Source: the human T2T-CHM13v2.0 reference genome, Homo sapiens
Length of the DNA stretch: 64,000 nucleotides
Assembly (NCBI RefSeq): GCF_009914755.1
Contig: NC_060937.1
Direction: 5' to 3' (one strand)
Shown here in pieces: positions 1 to 12,200 of the stretch. Under the pieces are notes generated by a model. That model had not been told where the DNA came from and did not search any database. It was given only the letters and a program-made list of their open reading frames with translations. Positions within the stretch are counted from its first letter, which is position 1. Each line of letters starts with the position of its first letter. Made by a program: the position numbers and the translations under genes.

Positions 1-160
1 AACAGCTAACATTGATTGACCACATACTATGTGCCAAGAACCATGTCAACATTTAATACTTCCTGTAATCCCCTTCAGAGTTGGTACTTTTATTATTCCC
101 ATTTGACACATGAGGCTTAAAGAGTGGCTAAGTAATAGGTCCAATGTCACACAGCCAGGA
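1..160 (-). mobile_element. MIR SINE fragment
   Basis: Reverse-complement MIR core (attattcccatttgacacatgagg...gtcacacagc) and 3' portion (ctatgtgccaag). Boundaries approximate. Confidence 0.7.
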
Positions 161-2164
161 AATAAAAGTGCCCTACCCCCACCTTGGTCCTTTGAGCTCT
201 GAACTGCTGCAGTATATTGGCAGCTTCTCCAGCAAACAAGGCTATGGGAACTTCCAGACTACAGAAGCCTGGTGAGACTGTCTTTCGGCTGGAGCTTGCC
301 ATTTCCATAGCTAGCAAGTCACTTACAATCACAGAAAACACTGCACCTACCTGCACCACAAGCCCAACACCGCAGTTACTGCTTCGTGTTTGTGTTGAAT
401 CACAAAATGCTCAAACTTCAGGGGGCTTTAGAAGCCACACAGCCCACATCTTCATTGTAGAAATGAGAATGCAAGGCCTGGAGAGATGAAATGGCTTTCC
501 TAGGATCCCATCACTAGGTAGAGACACAGCAAGGAACAATGTTTTGGAGTTAAAAACAGAATACTGTTCCAGTTACTCCATCTCTATTTTTTTTTTCCTG
601 AAAATACAGTTGGGCCTACTAGCCCGATGTTAGAAGCTAATGAAAAAGATCATCCTCCTCATCTGAAAAAAATTCCCTCTGCCATTGAGATTATTAACCT
701 TTTAGAGGCTTTAACTTTTATTTTAGAATTCATGAAACATGTAGCTCAAGGGTCTAATGTGACTTAATTTGAAAAAGGTCAGTTCCCTCTTCAGGGTATT
801 CTAGCAATTTTATAAAAGGATGTATACATATACAGATTTTTTCCACTAGAGGAACAGGACGATCAAAATTCAGCATTTCTCAGTTGTTTTAGAAGTGATT
901 GGCCAGCGTGCCTGTGGGTAGATCGCTAAGCTCTCAGCACTGGGGATGCACGTGGAGGAAGGAGAACACGGCCCCTCCATGCAAGCAGTTCAGACTCCTG
1001 GGGAACCTGCTTCCTCTTTTCCCATCCCATGAAAGCAAGCAACAACAGAAGAACTGAGAGTCATGTGCGTTCTTTGGGATTAACTCAGTGTAGGAAAAAA
1101 GAAGAAGAAAGAAAGTGAACAAGGGGTTAGGGGGAACAGAAAACCAGCGAGAGTAAAAGAGAGGGAAAAGAGAGGAAGAAAGATGATGAACGAAGATTAT
1201 CAATGAGGTAGAGAAAAAGCAAATGTGCCACATCCAGGGAATGTCCCATGGCACGGTTATTTGCCGGTGCCAGCAGGCAGAACCCCCAATCCAGACTTAC
1301 TAGATAGGAGCTAAGCTCCAGCCTTGCAGGTGGGTGGTGAGGGTCAGGGCCTGGAAGGACAAATGCTTGATGGATTCTATGCCTTCCTGCAGGGCGGAGT
1401 AAGCTGAGGCCTTATCACTGGGGCAGGAAGGAGATAGACCAGTGAGAACAAGGTGAGTCCTCGCTAGGTGACTGACACAGGGAGTCAGGCCAAGGAATCA
1501 GGTCAGAGGCCCGGGCACCAGAACTAGGGCCACAGAGAGTTGGATCTTGGAGCCAGGCCACAGCACGTTGGTGAGGATCAGGTCACCAGGTGAGGGCTGG
1601 ACCCATGGCAAGGCTTAGATGAGGTTGAGCTATAGAACATTGGCTCAGAACTTTCTGAGTCTCCCTTGTCCATGGTCGACAAGTGGCCCTGGAGACTCTG
1701 ACAAGGCTGGGTAGACAGGGAAAGGGAGGGAGTCAAGTAACTTGAAGTATGGGGAGAAGACAGGTGAGAAGACAAGTGTGAGTGGACAGATCCAGGAGGA
1801 TGGAGACCTGCGGTTTCTGGGAGCCAAGGTCCATGGTATCTAAACTGACCTCATCAAATGGAAGCACATTCAGAACCAGAGAACCCCAAATGTAGTCATG
1901 CTAACCTCCAGGTAAACCTTGAGGGGATGGTGACAGAAACTGGGAATGTTTAGGCTGGAAAAGAGAAAATTCAGCACAGGGGAAGCCATCTATCAACTTA
2001 TATATTTAAATGCCACATGAAAGAAAGTCTAGGTGCATTCTGTGTGTCTAGTCAAAAAGAACTGAGCCCAGTGGGCAGAATTCCCAGAGAATAGTTTCTT
2101 TAATCTCCATATAAGGAAAAACATGAGTACAGCCTACCTCTGTGTATTCCATAACCCATTTACT

Positions 2165-2480
2165 TTTCATTCATTCAACAAGTGCTTGCTGGTTAGGGTA
2201 ACCATACTGTCTGGTTTGCCTGGCACAGTGACAGTTTATGCTCTGGTATTAATTCGCACCTGGTCAGCACCCCCTTTACTCCCAAAATGTCCTAGTTTGA
2301 ATTAAAAATTGTATGATTACCATACTCGTTGAGCACCTGCTACATGCCAAGAATTAGACTGAACATTGAAGACACAATTAAAACATAATTTCTGACTTTG
2401 ATGAGTTCATAGTCTAGTGAAATAAGGGGATATTAAAAGAATAAATTAGAATATAACAACGTAAGAGCTCTATAATATCA
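2165..2480 (-). mobile_element. L2 3' fragment interrupted by a hAT MITE
   Basis: cattcattcaacaagtgcttg...ttgagcacctgctacatgccaag is the reverse complement of the L2 3' end and continues across the 2194-2324 insert. Confidence 0.6.
2194..2324. mobile_element. MER96-like hAT-Tip100 DNA transposon relic
   Basis: Imperfect terminal inverted repeats tagggtaaccata / tatgattaccata; internal cccctttactcccaaaatgtcctagtttg resembles MER96/MER96B as I recall it. Confidence 0.55.
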
Positions 2481-2798
2481 GGAATAGAAAGGAGCTTACA
2501 GCTCATTCAATACCACCTTCATTCATTGACTTACTTCATAAATATTTGTTGAATAAATGCTGTGTGCCAGGCACTATACAGGGACCACGAATCTAATACT
2601 GAACCAAACAGAACTCCTCCCTTCCCTCATGAAAATTAACTAGCAAGTTCACCAAACTGATAAAAGTCCCATTTGTTTCTGAAAATTCTACCTGGTGAGT
2701 AAACGTTTATGTGTATTTAGTCAAATTAGGCTTTTGGAAGCTTCCAGTCATTGGTCCTAACCTCCTCTCTGAAGTCCCATAGAATTAAATCCCTTTTT

Positions 2799-2946
2799 GA
2801 GGGAAACATCACACACCGGGGACTGTTGGGGGATGGGGGGCAAGGGGAGGGAGAGCATTAGAACAAATACCTAGTGCATGCGGGGCTTAAAACCTAGACG
2901 ATGGGTTGACAGGTGCAGCAAACCACCATGGCATATGTATGCCTAT
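2799..2946 (+). mobile_element. L1PA (about PA8-10) 3'UTR fragment lacking poly(A)
   Basis: aacatcacacaccgggg...ggggcttaaaacctagacgatgggttgacaggtgcagcaaaccaccatggc is the primate L1 3'UTR. Confidence 0.85.
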
Positions 2947-3094
2947 AAGCTAACTGCGCCTCTCACTGCATTTCCGATTGCACCTTGTATAGGCGCCATC
3001 TGTGCTCCTAACACCTGGTGACTTGTTACCGTCTCTTCTTTAAAATGACCCCCTTGAGGACAGGCATTACATCTACCATCGAATAAATACTCAT

Positions 3095-3360
3095 TTCATT
3101 TATTCAATAAATATTAGTCCAATACCTATTAGGTGCCAAGCTCTGTGAAGTCCCTGCCACTATGTACCTCACAGTCCAGAAGGAAAAGTGTTCACCAAAA
3201 ACAAGTAATAACAATGGAGTAGAATGATGTTTTAACAGGGGAAGTATTGTGAGCTATGGGAGCAGTTAGGAGGGGGCCTAATCTAGCCACAGGATCATGA
3301 AAGACCTCTCTGAGAAGTAACATTTAAGCCAAGACCCAAGGCATTATCCAAGTGAAGAGT
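3095..3360 (-). mobile_element. L2 fragment
   Basis: ttcatttattcaataaatatt...tattaggtgccaag and gagaagtaacatttaagcc motifs typical of reversed L2. Confidence 0.55.
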
Positions 3361-5257
3361 GAGATTAAGTTCAATTTATCAAGTTTATTTGGTCTCCAAG
3401 TGGCATTTTCTACCATTTCTTTAAAGTCATTAGTTAAAGATGAGGACAAGAACAGAAGTCTGTAGAAGTTGACTAGAGATTCTCCCCTAATCAATATTAT
3501 GGAAAATATGTATGAGCAGGTATGTTTTTCAAAATATTCAACAACAGGTACAACACGGCATCAACCACTGTGAATGGACACTAGCCACAGGCAACCAGTC
3601 TACCTTCCCCCATGGATACAGGCTGAATGCCAGGTCTTGGGCAGAAAAAATCCAAACTGCTGTGAACTTCTCCACCTGGTGGAAGGCACAGATGCCCTAG
3701 ACACAGATGCAACTCCGGTCTGCTGTCTTTTACAGAAGGCTTTATTCTGCACATGAGGACAGCAGGTACACATGTAAGACTTCATGCAGTTTGCCTAGAA
3801 AATACCTCCGAAATGCATGGGCTGCACACATAGCTATGTACCCACTCCCTCCTGTGACAAGGATCTCTCAAGTCAGATGAAATTGCTGGCCGCTGTTTGC
3901 ACATACTCTTTCTCATGTAATGCTCCTTTAATACCCAGAATAAGTTCAAAAGTGCCCAGTGTCTGCTTTTCTTGCTTGGGGCTTTCTTTGCCAGCCTCGC
4001 AGTAGACTGAGGAATTCTAAACATGTGTCTGCGATCTGGTGAGGCCGCTGCTGTGTAAGGCCATATGTTTTATTGGGGTCTATATCCTGAGAGAGATACC
4101 AGAAAGAAACTCTGAGATGTCTGCCAAGTAAAAAAAAAAAAAAAAAAAAAAAAGAAAGGAAGAAGAAATCTGCCACTGATAGCACTCCAGCCAGTTTCTT
4201 TGTGGACAGTTGGCTTTACTAAAAGTTCTGAAATAGGAACACGCCTGCTTTAGACAGGCAAAATGTAAATAATATTAAACAATCAGAAAATCACCTCAAG
4301 TTTTCAGCAACTTTATAGAAGTAAAGAACATGTTTTGTTTTGTATTAATGCTCTCTTCTGGACAGCAGTCTTCTGCCTTTATCCCCAGGACACAAGGAAT
4401 GAATGCCTAACATAACTTTGTCTTTGTTCCTTTCTCATCTATTCATTCAAGGAATGTTTATGGAGTGCCTACTCTGCATATTTTACTTTCTTCAGCTCAG
4501 AGGGTAAAATTGTGATCCCTAAATTTTGAAGGATGTGAATCAGTATATGTTATAGGAAAATAATGAGTTATTTCCATTTCTCTTTATAAATTTTGGAAAT
4601 TCAACTATTTATGACTTTGTGTTACCTATTGGTGCAGCTCAGTATTTTATGACCCTGGTTTTTGTTGCCAGAGGGGCTTTTACTTAGCTCTTGCAGGAGG
4701 TTTGTGGCCAGAGATTAAATAGAGTCCTTCCTCGACCTTTCGATCTCAGGCTGATCCCACAGTGCAGAGGTGCTTGTAAGCTGAGGCCTGGGAAGAACTG
4801 CTGATCATATCATAGCCCCCTAAGGCCAACTCCCACTCCTTTTTCTTCCTTGGATGCCACAGCTGGGTCTGACTCCCAGGCTATTGGTTTCCATGGTACC
4901 TAGAGAAAGTTCTGGTTGCTTCCAGGTCTAGGCTTTTCTAGCGTATTCAGCTCCAAGGAGGTGACTTCAAACACACACCTCAATGTCCCCTGGCACTTCT
5001 CCTTAGCTATATGGTCTCAGACAAGACTTTTGAACTTTGCAAGCTTCAGTGTCCTCCTCTCAAAGTTGTGGGTGATGGCAGCTGACCCAGAAAGTTGTTA
5101 TGAGGATTCAGTGAGTTTTCTCTAGGTGGACCCTACCCTTCTTACTCATTCCACACTATCCCCAGAAGACAGGATGGTGATGGGATGTGGAGGAGGGTGT
5201 GGAACTGTAAATGTACCATCTGCCCATTCTCCGTATCAGGAAATCTGGTTACATTAT

Positions 5258-5623
5258 TGTATTAGTCTGTTCTCATGCTGTTAACAAAGGCATATCCAAG
5301 ACTGCGAAATTTTTAAAGGAAAAGAGGTTTAATGGACTCACAGTTCCACATGGCTGGGGAGGCCTCACAATCACGGTGGAAGACAAAGGGGGAGCAAAGA
5401 CACATCTTACATGGTGGCAGGCAAGAGAGCACGTGCAGGGGAACTGCCCTTTTATAAAACCATCAGATCTCATGAGATTTACTCACTATTACAAGAACAG
5501 CACAGGAAAAGCCCACCCCCATGATTCAATTACCTCCCACCGTGTCCCTTCTACGACACATAGGGATTACGGGAGCTACAATTCAAGATGAGATTTGGGT
5601 GGGGACACAGCCAAACCATATCA
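5258..5623 (-). mobile_element. THE1 (MaLR) solo LTR
   Basis: tgtattagtctgttctcatgctg...gggtggggacacagccaaaccatatca; perfect 5-bp TSD ATTAT at 5253-5257 and 5624-5628. Confidence 0.93.
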
Positions 5624-8600
5624 ATTATCCAGCAAACTCACCCCGAACACAGTCAGTCACTGCTCCAGCCAAACTGGCCTTACTAAGCACTCAATCTCTG
5701 CCTAACTTCATTTTGCCAAATGGGTGACTAAGGCCAGCAAAGTAGCTCACGAGTTCTGCCAACTGGGAAACTCATCCCAGTGCTTCATGGAAAGCCCCCA
5801 ATATGTCCATCAGGTCAGAGGAGACTGGTCTAATTTAGGGAGATTCGGCTGGTGCTGCTGTGCTGCCCTCTCCCCCTCACCCGCTCCACCATCAGCACTC
5901 CTGTGCAACTCAAAAAGCCATTTGAAAACCCCCACTCCGGACCACTGGCTCCTCCACAGAAAGGAGAACTGCACTGAGGGCTTTTTGGGAGGCTGAGGTT
6001 TCCACTGTTCAGGAACACCTCGAGTCTGAGCTCTGGGAAAAACCGAGAGATCATAGAATCAACCACCTGCAGAAATCTTCAGAAACAAGAACATTCGAGA
6101 GACACAGCTCACAAGCTCACACCAGGTCCTTCCATATAGCACACAACTTCTTTTTTATTTTTTCCTGCTTTCTATCTGGACAATTATAGGAGCCTCCAGC
6201 TGTTCCTGTCAGTCAAATCACCAGTATTTCCCTTCTGGTCATACATTTTTCCTGAAGCAGCAGATTCACACCTGATGCATTAGTGCTTTTTATCACCTAG
6301 CAATATTTGTCATCCAAAGGGCTGAGTACCTCAGTTACCATCTATCAGGTTATATTTGTTTGCTGCTTTCAGCCAGTTGTCTCACTGTAACCTGCACTTT
6401 ACTCACACATAATGGCTCTAAGCGAGAAAGTAGAAACATTTATTAGAGTTCAAAAATTCTTAGTTGTTGAGCTCCATCCATTTCTCTTTACTAGTATTTG
6501 TCCCTTCTCAGCCCCTTCTTTCCCCCACAGATCCAATTTTTCAAATAATTTCAGTTTCTGGACACATAGCAGGTGTTCAATAAATATTTGATAATCTGAT
6601 TTAAGTCACCGGACATAAAAGAATATTCCAGAGAGCAGAGATGCTAATCACAGAATTGTAGACCTAGCAGGAAACTCTGAAATCAAACAAGCATCTCATT
6701 TTGGGGATGAGGAAAGGGAGCTATAGAGAAGTGAAGGGATTGACCCAATTCCCACCCAGCTGTTTATGGGCAGCAGCGGAACTCAAATCAAGACTCTGCT
6801 TTCAACCCACATGACATCATAATTATGAAAATGTTTTGCTTGTTCTCTCCAAGGTCTGAATGTTCCAAGGTTCCAACCAGAATACAGTGTTGTTTTGCTA
6901 TCACCTTGACCATGGGAGTTTGTGATTAATGTAACACTTTCCTTTCAAAGATGGGAAATTTTTAAAAGCTGGCAGATAAAAAACTAGAATTCCTTTGTTT
7001 GCCCAAGACAGTTCATTCAAGATTTTACAAACCTGGCTATATGCCAGAATTATTACCTGGGCAGCTTTCAAAGTACAATTTCTCCACCAAATCAATCTTT
7101 GGACTTGGCAAGACTTGAGAATCTGTCTGTTCGTTGCTTGTTTTGGATTCATTTTTGTTTGTTTGTTCTCCCAGTGATTCTGATGCACATCAGGTCAGGA
7201 GACTGCAGATCTAATGAACGTCAGCTCCTTAATCAACCCACACATGGATGGTGGTGTGTATTTGAAGATATTTGAGGAGGATGGCACTACTGATAACCAG
7301 TTCTCCTGAAATCACAAGTAAAGCCACCAATCAAAATACATGTCAAAAATAGTAACCTATAATAATGATGTTGAATATAAATCCCACTGGCTGGACCATT
7401 TGTTCTGGTCTGGGTGCCTGGTCAGTGGGGAGAAGCCCCAAGCACTGCCCTTTCTGACGCATAAGCAGCTGGTGAAGCTCTGCTGCTGTGGCTGAAACCT
7501 CAGACAGAGGCAGCAATAGAAGGGGAAATCACGAGGCAAGTGTAATTTAAAGCCTTCATATTTATGTAGACAACTCTTGTCTACATATAGTCCCAGCACT
7601 TTATCTCTCTTTTGGCTCTCATTCCCTCTCACCACCTTCTTTCCAAGTAGTTCCATGAGTTCTGGGAATGTCCAGAACTGCACATGCCCAGGACTGGAAA
7701 CAATTTACCGAGTCATCTGTCAAGCCATAGTTCATGCTTTTCGATTGGTTTAGGTTACTAAGCAACCTCCTTGTCACTCAGGATAATGACCTGACTCTGA
7801 CTTCCAGGAAAGACAACACAACGTGGGATCCTGGGTGCAGGAACACCATCAGGTGGGACTCTTGCCAACCTGGGTATGAACTCTGTGCGGTTGTACTGGG
7901 TCAACCATTTGGCCTCTCTATGCAAAATAGGGGTGAGAGGAATAGCTCTCCAGCTGTTATGACTTGAGATAATGCATATGAAGTACCTAGCACAGAGCCA
8001 ATGCTCCCTAAACGGTTGCTTTTATTTACAACAGCATGAGAGCAGAAGAGCGACGGCCACAGGGAGTGCAGTGGGGGGCATGTTACATCTAGGACAGCCC
8101 AGTCATCGTCACAGTTAACAGAGAGGAGACAATTCCAGAGCCCTCCAGACTACTGCTCTCCCAGATGCCTCTGGAAAACTACATAAATAGCTGGCCTATG
8201 TTTGTGTTGCCCCAGTTGGCACCGGGAAGTTTGAGTTCAATGCATCATTTCTGCAAAGCCTCCAGTATCCAGAAAACTTAAGGCTGGCCATGGTAACTGG
8301 CCCCAGCATGGGCCCGTGTCAGTCCCAGGCTCAGCATCAGTGGCTCTTTGAGGCCATGGCCTTCACAGTTGCTTTCAGCGCTTGTTAGTTTATAAGCTCT
8401 GTCCATGACCTGGGGCCAAGGCAGCTGATGCTCTCCCAGCTCCAGGATGCCATTTAACACAGGGTTTTCACTTCTCCTTGAAAGACACTTGTGGGGAGAA
8501 TGGAGAGGAAACATTCAGCCAATTGTGTGAAATTGCTCTTAAATATCTCTGCCAGGAAAAGCCAACAAGTCAAAAAGAGAGGTCCTGAGTGCTTAGCACT

Positions 8601-9469
8601 CTGTGCTTTTGAATTTAAAGTGAGAAGGGACTGGATGATTTCGAAGATTTAAGAATAAACCAGAAACCAGGGCAGGGACTCCTCCAGGACTTACTGGCAC
8701 CCTTTGTGAACAAGGGCCCATGCCTTCACCGCAATTAATGTCTCAGAGTCCTCTTCTAGAAAGAGGTGGGATGGAGGATTCTCTTTGTAAACCCAGTAAG
8801 ATTTAGAGCAGGCTACCTAGCTCAGAGAAATAGCACTGACTGCCAAAAGGCAGGGAGCACCCTCCTGTGAGGACTGGTGCAGACAATCGCTTGTAGCCCC
8901 GCTGGGAATAGGTAGGCAGAATTCAAGGAAATACAGTCCTCAGCAGAGGCAAGCAGGGAGGAGAGCGTGCCCAAGCCCAGGAGGAAGAACTAGGTGAGGC
9001 CCTCCACGCGCTGCCTGATGGCTCTTGATCAAAAAGCTCTTTCTATAAGGGGTGCCTGGTCTCTCTTCCTAAAAATCTGTGCTCAGCACTACAAGGAGTC
9101 AGATTCAGGACCTGGATGCCCATAGGCATTTTTATGCTTAATCCATAAAGTAGTTGGGGGAGGGGTTTGGGAAGAAGGAAAGCAGTGGCCGGAAGAGATC
9201 TGAACTGGTCAGGGCACACGAGCTGTTCAGACCTTTAACCCCGGCGGCTGGGCCTTGGGTTTGGCTTCCTTTGGCACTGTGTGGATGGTGTTTGAACAAA
9301 GGAGAAAGAGCACAGGCTTGAAACCAGGAAGCCTGCCTGGGGTTTTGGCTCTAGCTCCACGGAGCGATTTGCAGCCCGACTGTCAAAAAGCCTCAGACCT
9401 CTCTCTGCCTCTGTAAACTCTTGATTTATTTTGCACAGATATTACAAGAAGACTTATACCCTCCCAATG

Positions 9470-9640
9470 ATCTAGTCTAAGGTGTGATCTGCACCACTTA
9501 CATCAGAACCACTAAAAACAGATTCCTTAGCCCTACCCCAGGCCAGCTGAAACAAAAAATACCAGGGAAAGACTAAGAAATCTGTGTTTTAACAAACTCC
9601 CAGGTGATTCTTATGTACTGTCAAGATTTGAAAGTCACTG
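9470..9640. mobile_element. MER5-type hAT-Charlie relic
   Basis: catcagaacc...ccctacccca...ctgtgttttaacaaactcccaggtgattcttatg...tttgaaagtcactg. Confidence 0.6.
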
Positions 9641-9822
9641 AGCAAGAGGATAGAGTCCAAACTCCTTAATACAATTCCATGGGCTTTACAATGTGCCTTT
9701 GGGTCCCATTTTCAGCTTCTCAGTCTACACCACGAACTGACATGTAAGTCCCCAAACCACAGGGCAGGCACTGGGATAATATTACATGCCTCTCAGGCAT
9801 CTCAGAGCATCTCCACAAGCAA

Positions 9823-9975
9823 GTACTATTATCATGCCCATTGTACAGATGAGGACACTGAGGCTCAAAGAAGTCCAGTAACTTGGCCAAGATCACACAG
9901 GAAGTATGTTGCAGGGTCAGATTTGAATTCCTGTCTATGGGATTGATTGAAGAGTTTTGGCTCTTAACCAACTCT
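9823..9975 (-). mobile_element. MIR SINE
   Basis: attgtacagatgaggacactgaggctcaaagaag...taacttggccaagatcacacag is the reversed MIR core. Confidence 0.8.
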
Positions 9976-10274
9976 GTTACACCACATTCTGAGGTCCATT
10001 AAACATGCCTGGGTGTTCGTGCCTGTGTTCCCTGGTCAGCTGTCCCCTCAGCCTCACATGCCTCATAATACCCTGATCCTTTGCAAACATGGACTTCCAA
10101 TGTCTTACTGGACCCAAAACCTCTCATGGATCCCACTAAAGAGCGTTAGCTATTTCCTCCTTATGCTCAGACTGTTTTTATTTATGTCCTGTTTCAACAT
10201 TATTAAGACTTTACTGTGATTTTTTTGTTTATTTTCCGATGTCTTTTACTAGGCTTTAAAAATCCCTAAGACAT

Positions 10275-10531
10275 GAAGGATGTATAGGGCCATGACACCG
10301 CTCCTGATGATACTACAATGGTGGACGCATGTCATTATACATTTGTCAAAACCCACAGAATGCACAATGCCAAGAACGAGCCCTAGAGTAAGCTGTGGAC
10401 TTTGAGTGATAATGATGTGTCAAGTTAGGTGCGTCGAATATGTCAAATGTACTGCTCTGGTGTGGGATGTTGATAGTAGGGGAGGCTGTGGTTATGTGGA
10501 CCAAAGACTTAAAAAATAAAATCTATTTTTT
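10275..10531 (+). mobile_element. L1MC-like 3' end
   Basis: gatactacaatggtggacgcatgtcattatacatttgtcaaaacccacagaatg...tgataatgatgtgtca matches the L1MC1-type 3'UTR as I recall it; ends aaaaaataaaatctatt. Confidence 0.7.
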
Positions 10532-10545
10532 AAAAAGCCTGGGCA

Positions 10546-11063
<518 letters not shown>

Positions 11064-11974
11064 GCACCTAAGACTATGTTATCCACCTCTATGACTATAC
11101 AAACCTATGCTTGACACATAGAAAAGGCTAAACAAATGCACATCAATGTCAGACAGCTGCTTTCCCAAAGAACTGAGGGAAACAGATCTGAGCAGGGCCT
11201 CAGCCATGATGAGCGGCAAGGAGGAGTCTAGGAGAAAGGGTTAAGTAATAGAAATTTTGGAGGAAGCCTCTACAGAGATAAGGAGAGTAGGTGCTGTGTC
11301 ACCAGTTCTGAGGATAAAGTGAAGACTGGTGACTGTTTGCTGCATGGCTGGAGCTGCCAGGGAACAGGAGCAGGCCAGAGCAAAGAACAGAAGAGGCAGA
11401 GTAAAGAAAAATAGAAGAAAGGGCAGTGAAACAGAGGCAAACTGCAATGTCCAAAGGTGCCGTGGGTGCAAGTGTTTCTGAGTCTCAACTGTCGTGGAAG
11501 GCAAACAGGGCCATTAGCAGGGAAAAGAGGACCCAGCAGTGAGTTCCTGAGGCAGGAAGGCAGATGCCAGGAACATCAAAGGGCCATTCATCACCCAAAT
11601 GCAATGCAAAGGGAAAAACCAGCAAGTGGGATTACGCCGCAGGAACCCGGACTGTAATATCACAGGGAACGACTCCAAGAGATGTTTTAACAGCAATTCA
11701 GATGCAGGCATTAAAGACTGTGACATAAGATTTAGAAGAGGGGCAATTAATAATTTATTTTGGAGGGAATATGTAGAAGAGGAAAAAAAAAAAAACACCC
11801 AGCACCCACTGGTATTACCTGTGTGGTAATACTATTGCGTAGACCAAGGATAAAAACACGTATGTTTACAAATGAAATGGTTGCTGAAGACACCTTGCCC
11901 TCTCACATGCTGGCTAAATGAGAGGTTGGGAAGAGCACGTCATCATTCTGCCCATGTGCGTCCACATCTTAGAT

Positions 11975-12200
11975 CAGAGTTGACATCAGGCACACTTGGG
12001 TTGGAAATCCAGCTCTTTCACCTTCTAGCTCTGTGACCTTGGGTGAATTTCTTAATCTCCCTGAGGCTGTTTCTTCATTAAAGGTAAAAAGGGCATAGTA
12101 ACAGTTATCTTACAGGGCTGTTGTTAGGATTAAATGAGATAAAGTATGTAAAGTGCTTTAGAACAGCACCTGGCATAAAGGTTCTGTCAAGGATGATGAT
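11975..12200 (+). mobile_element. MIR SINE
   Basis: gctctgtgaccttgggtga...ggattaaatgagataa...gtaaagtgctttagaacagcacctggcat. Confidence 0.85.

Noticed and set aside
5350-5362. PRDM9 hotspot motif in the THE1 LTR
   Set aside because: The minus strand reads CCTCCCCAGCCAT, which misses two positions of CCNCCNTNNCCNC.
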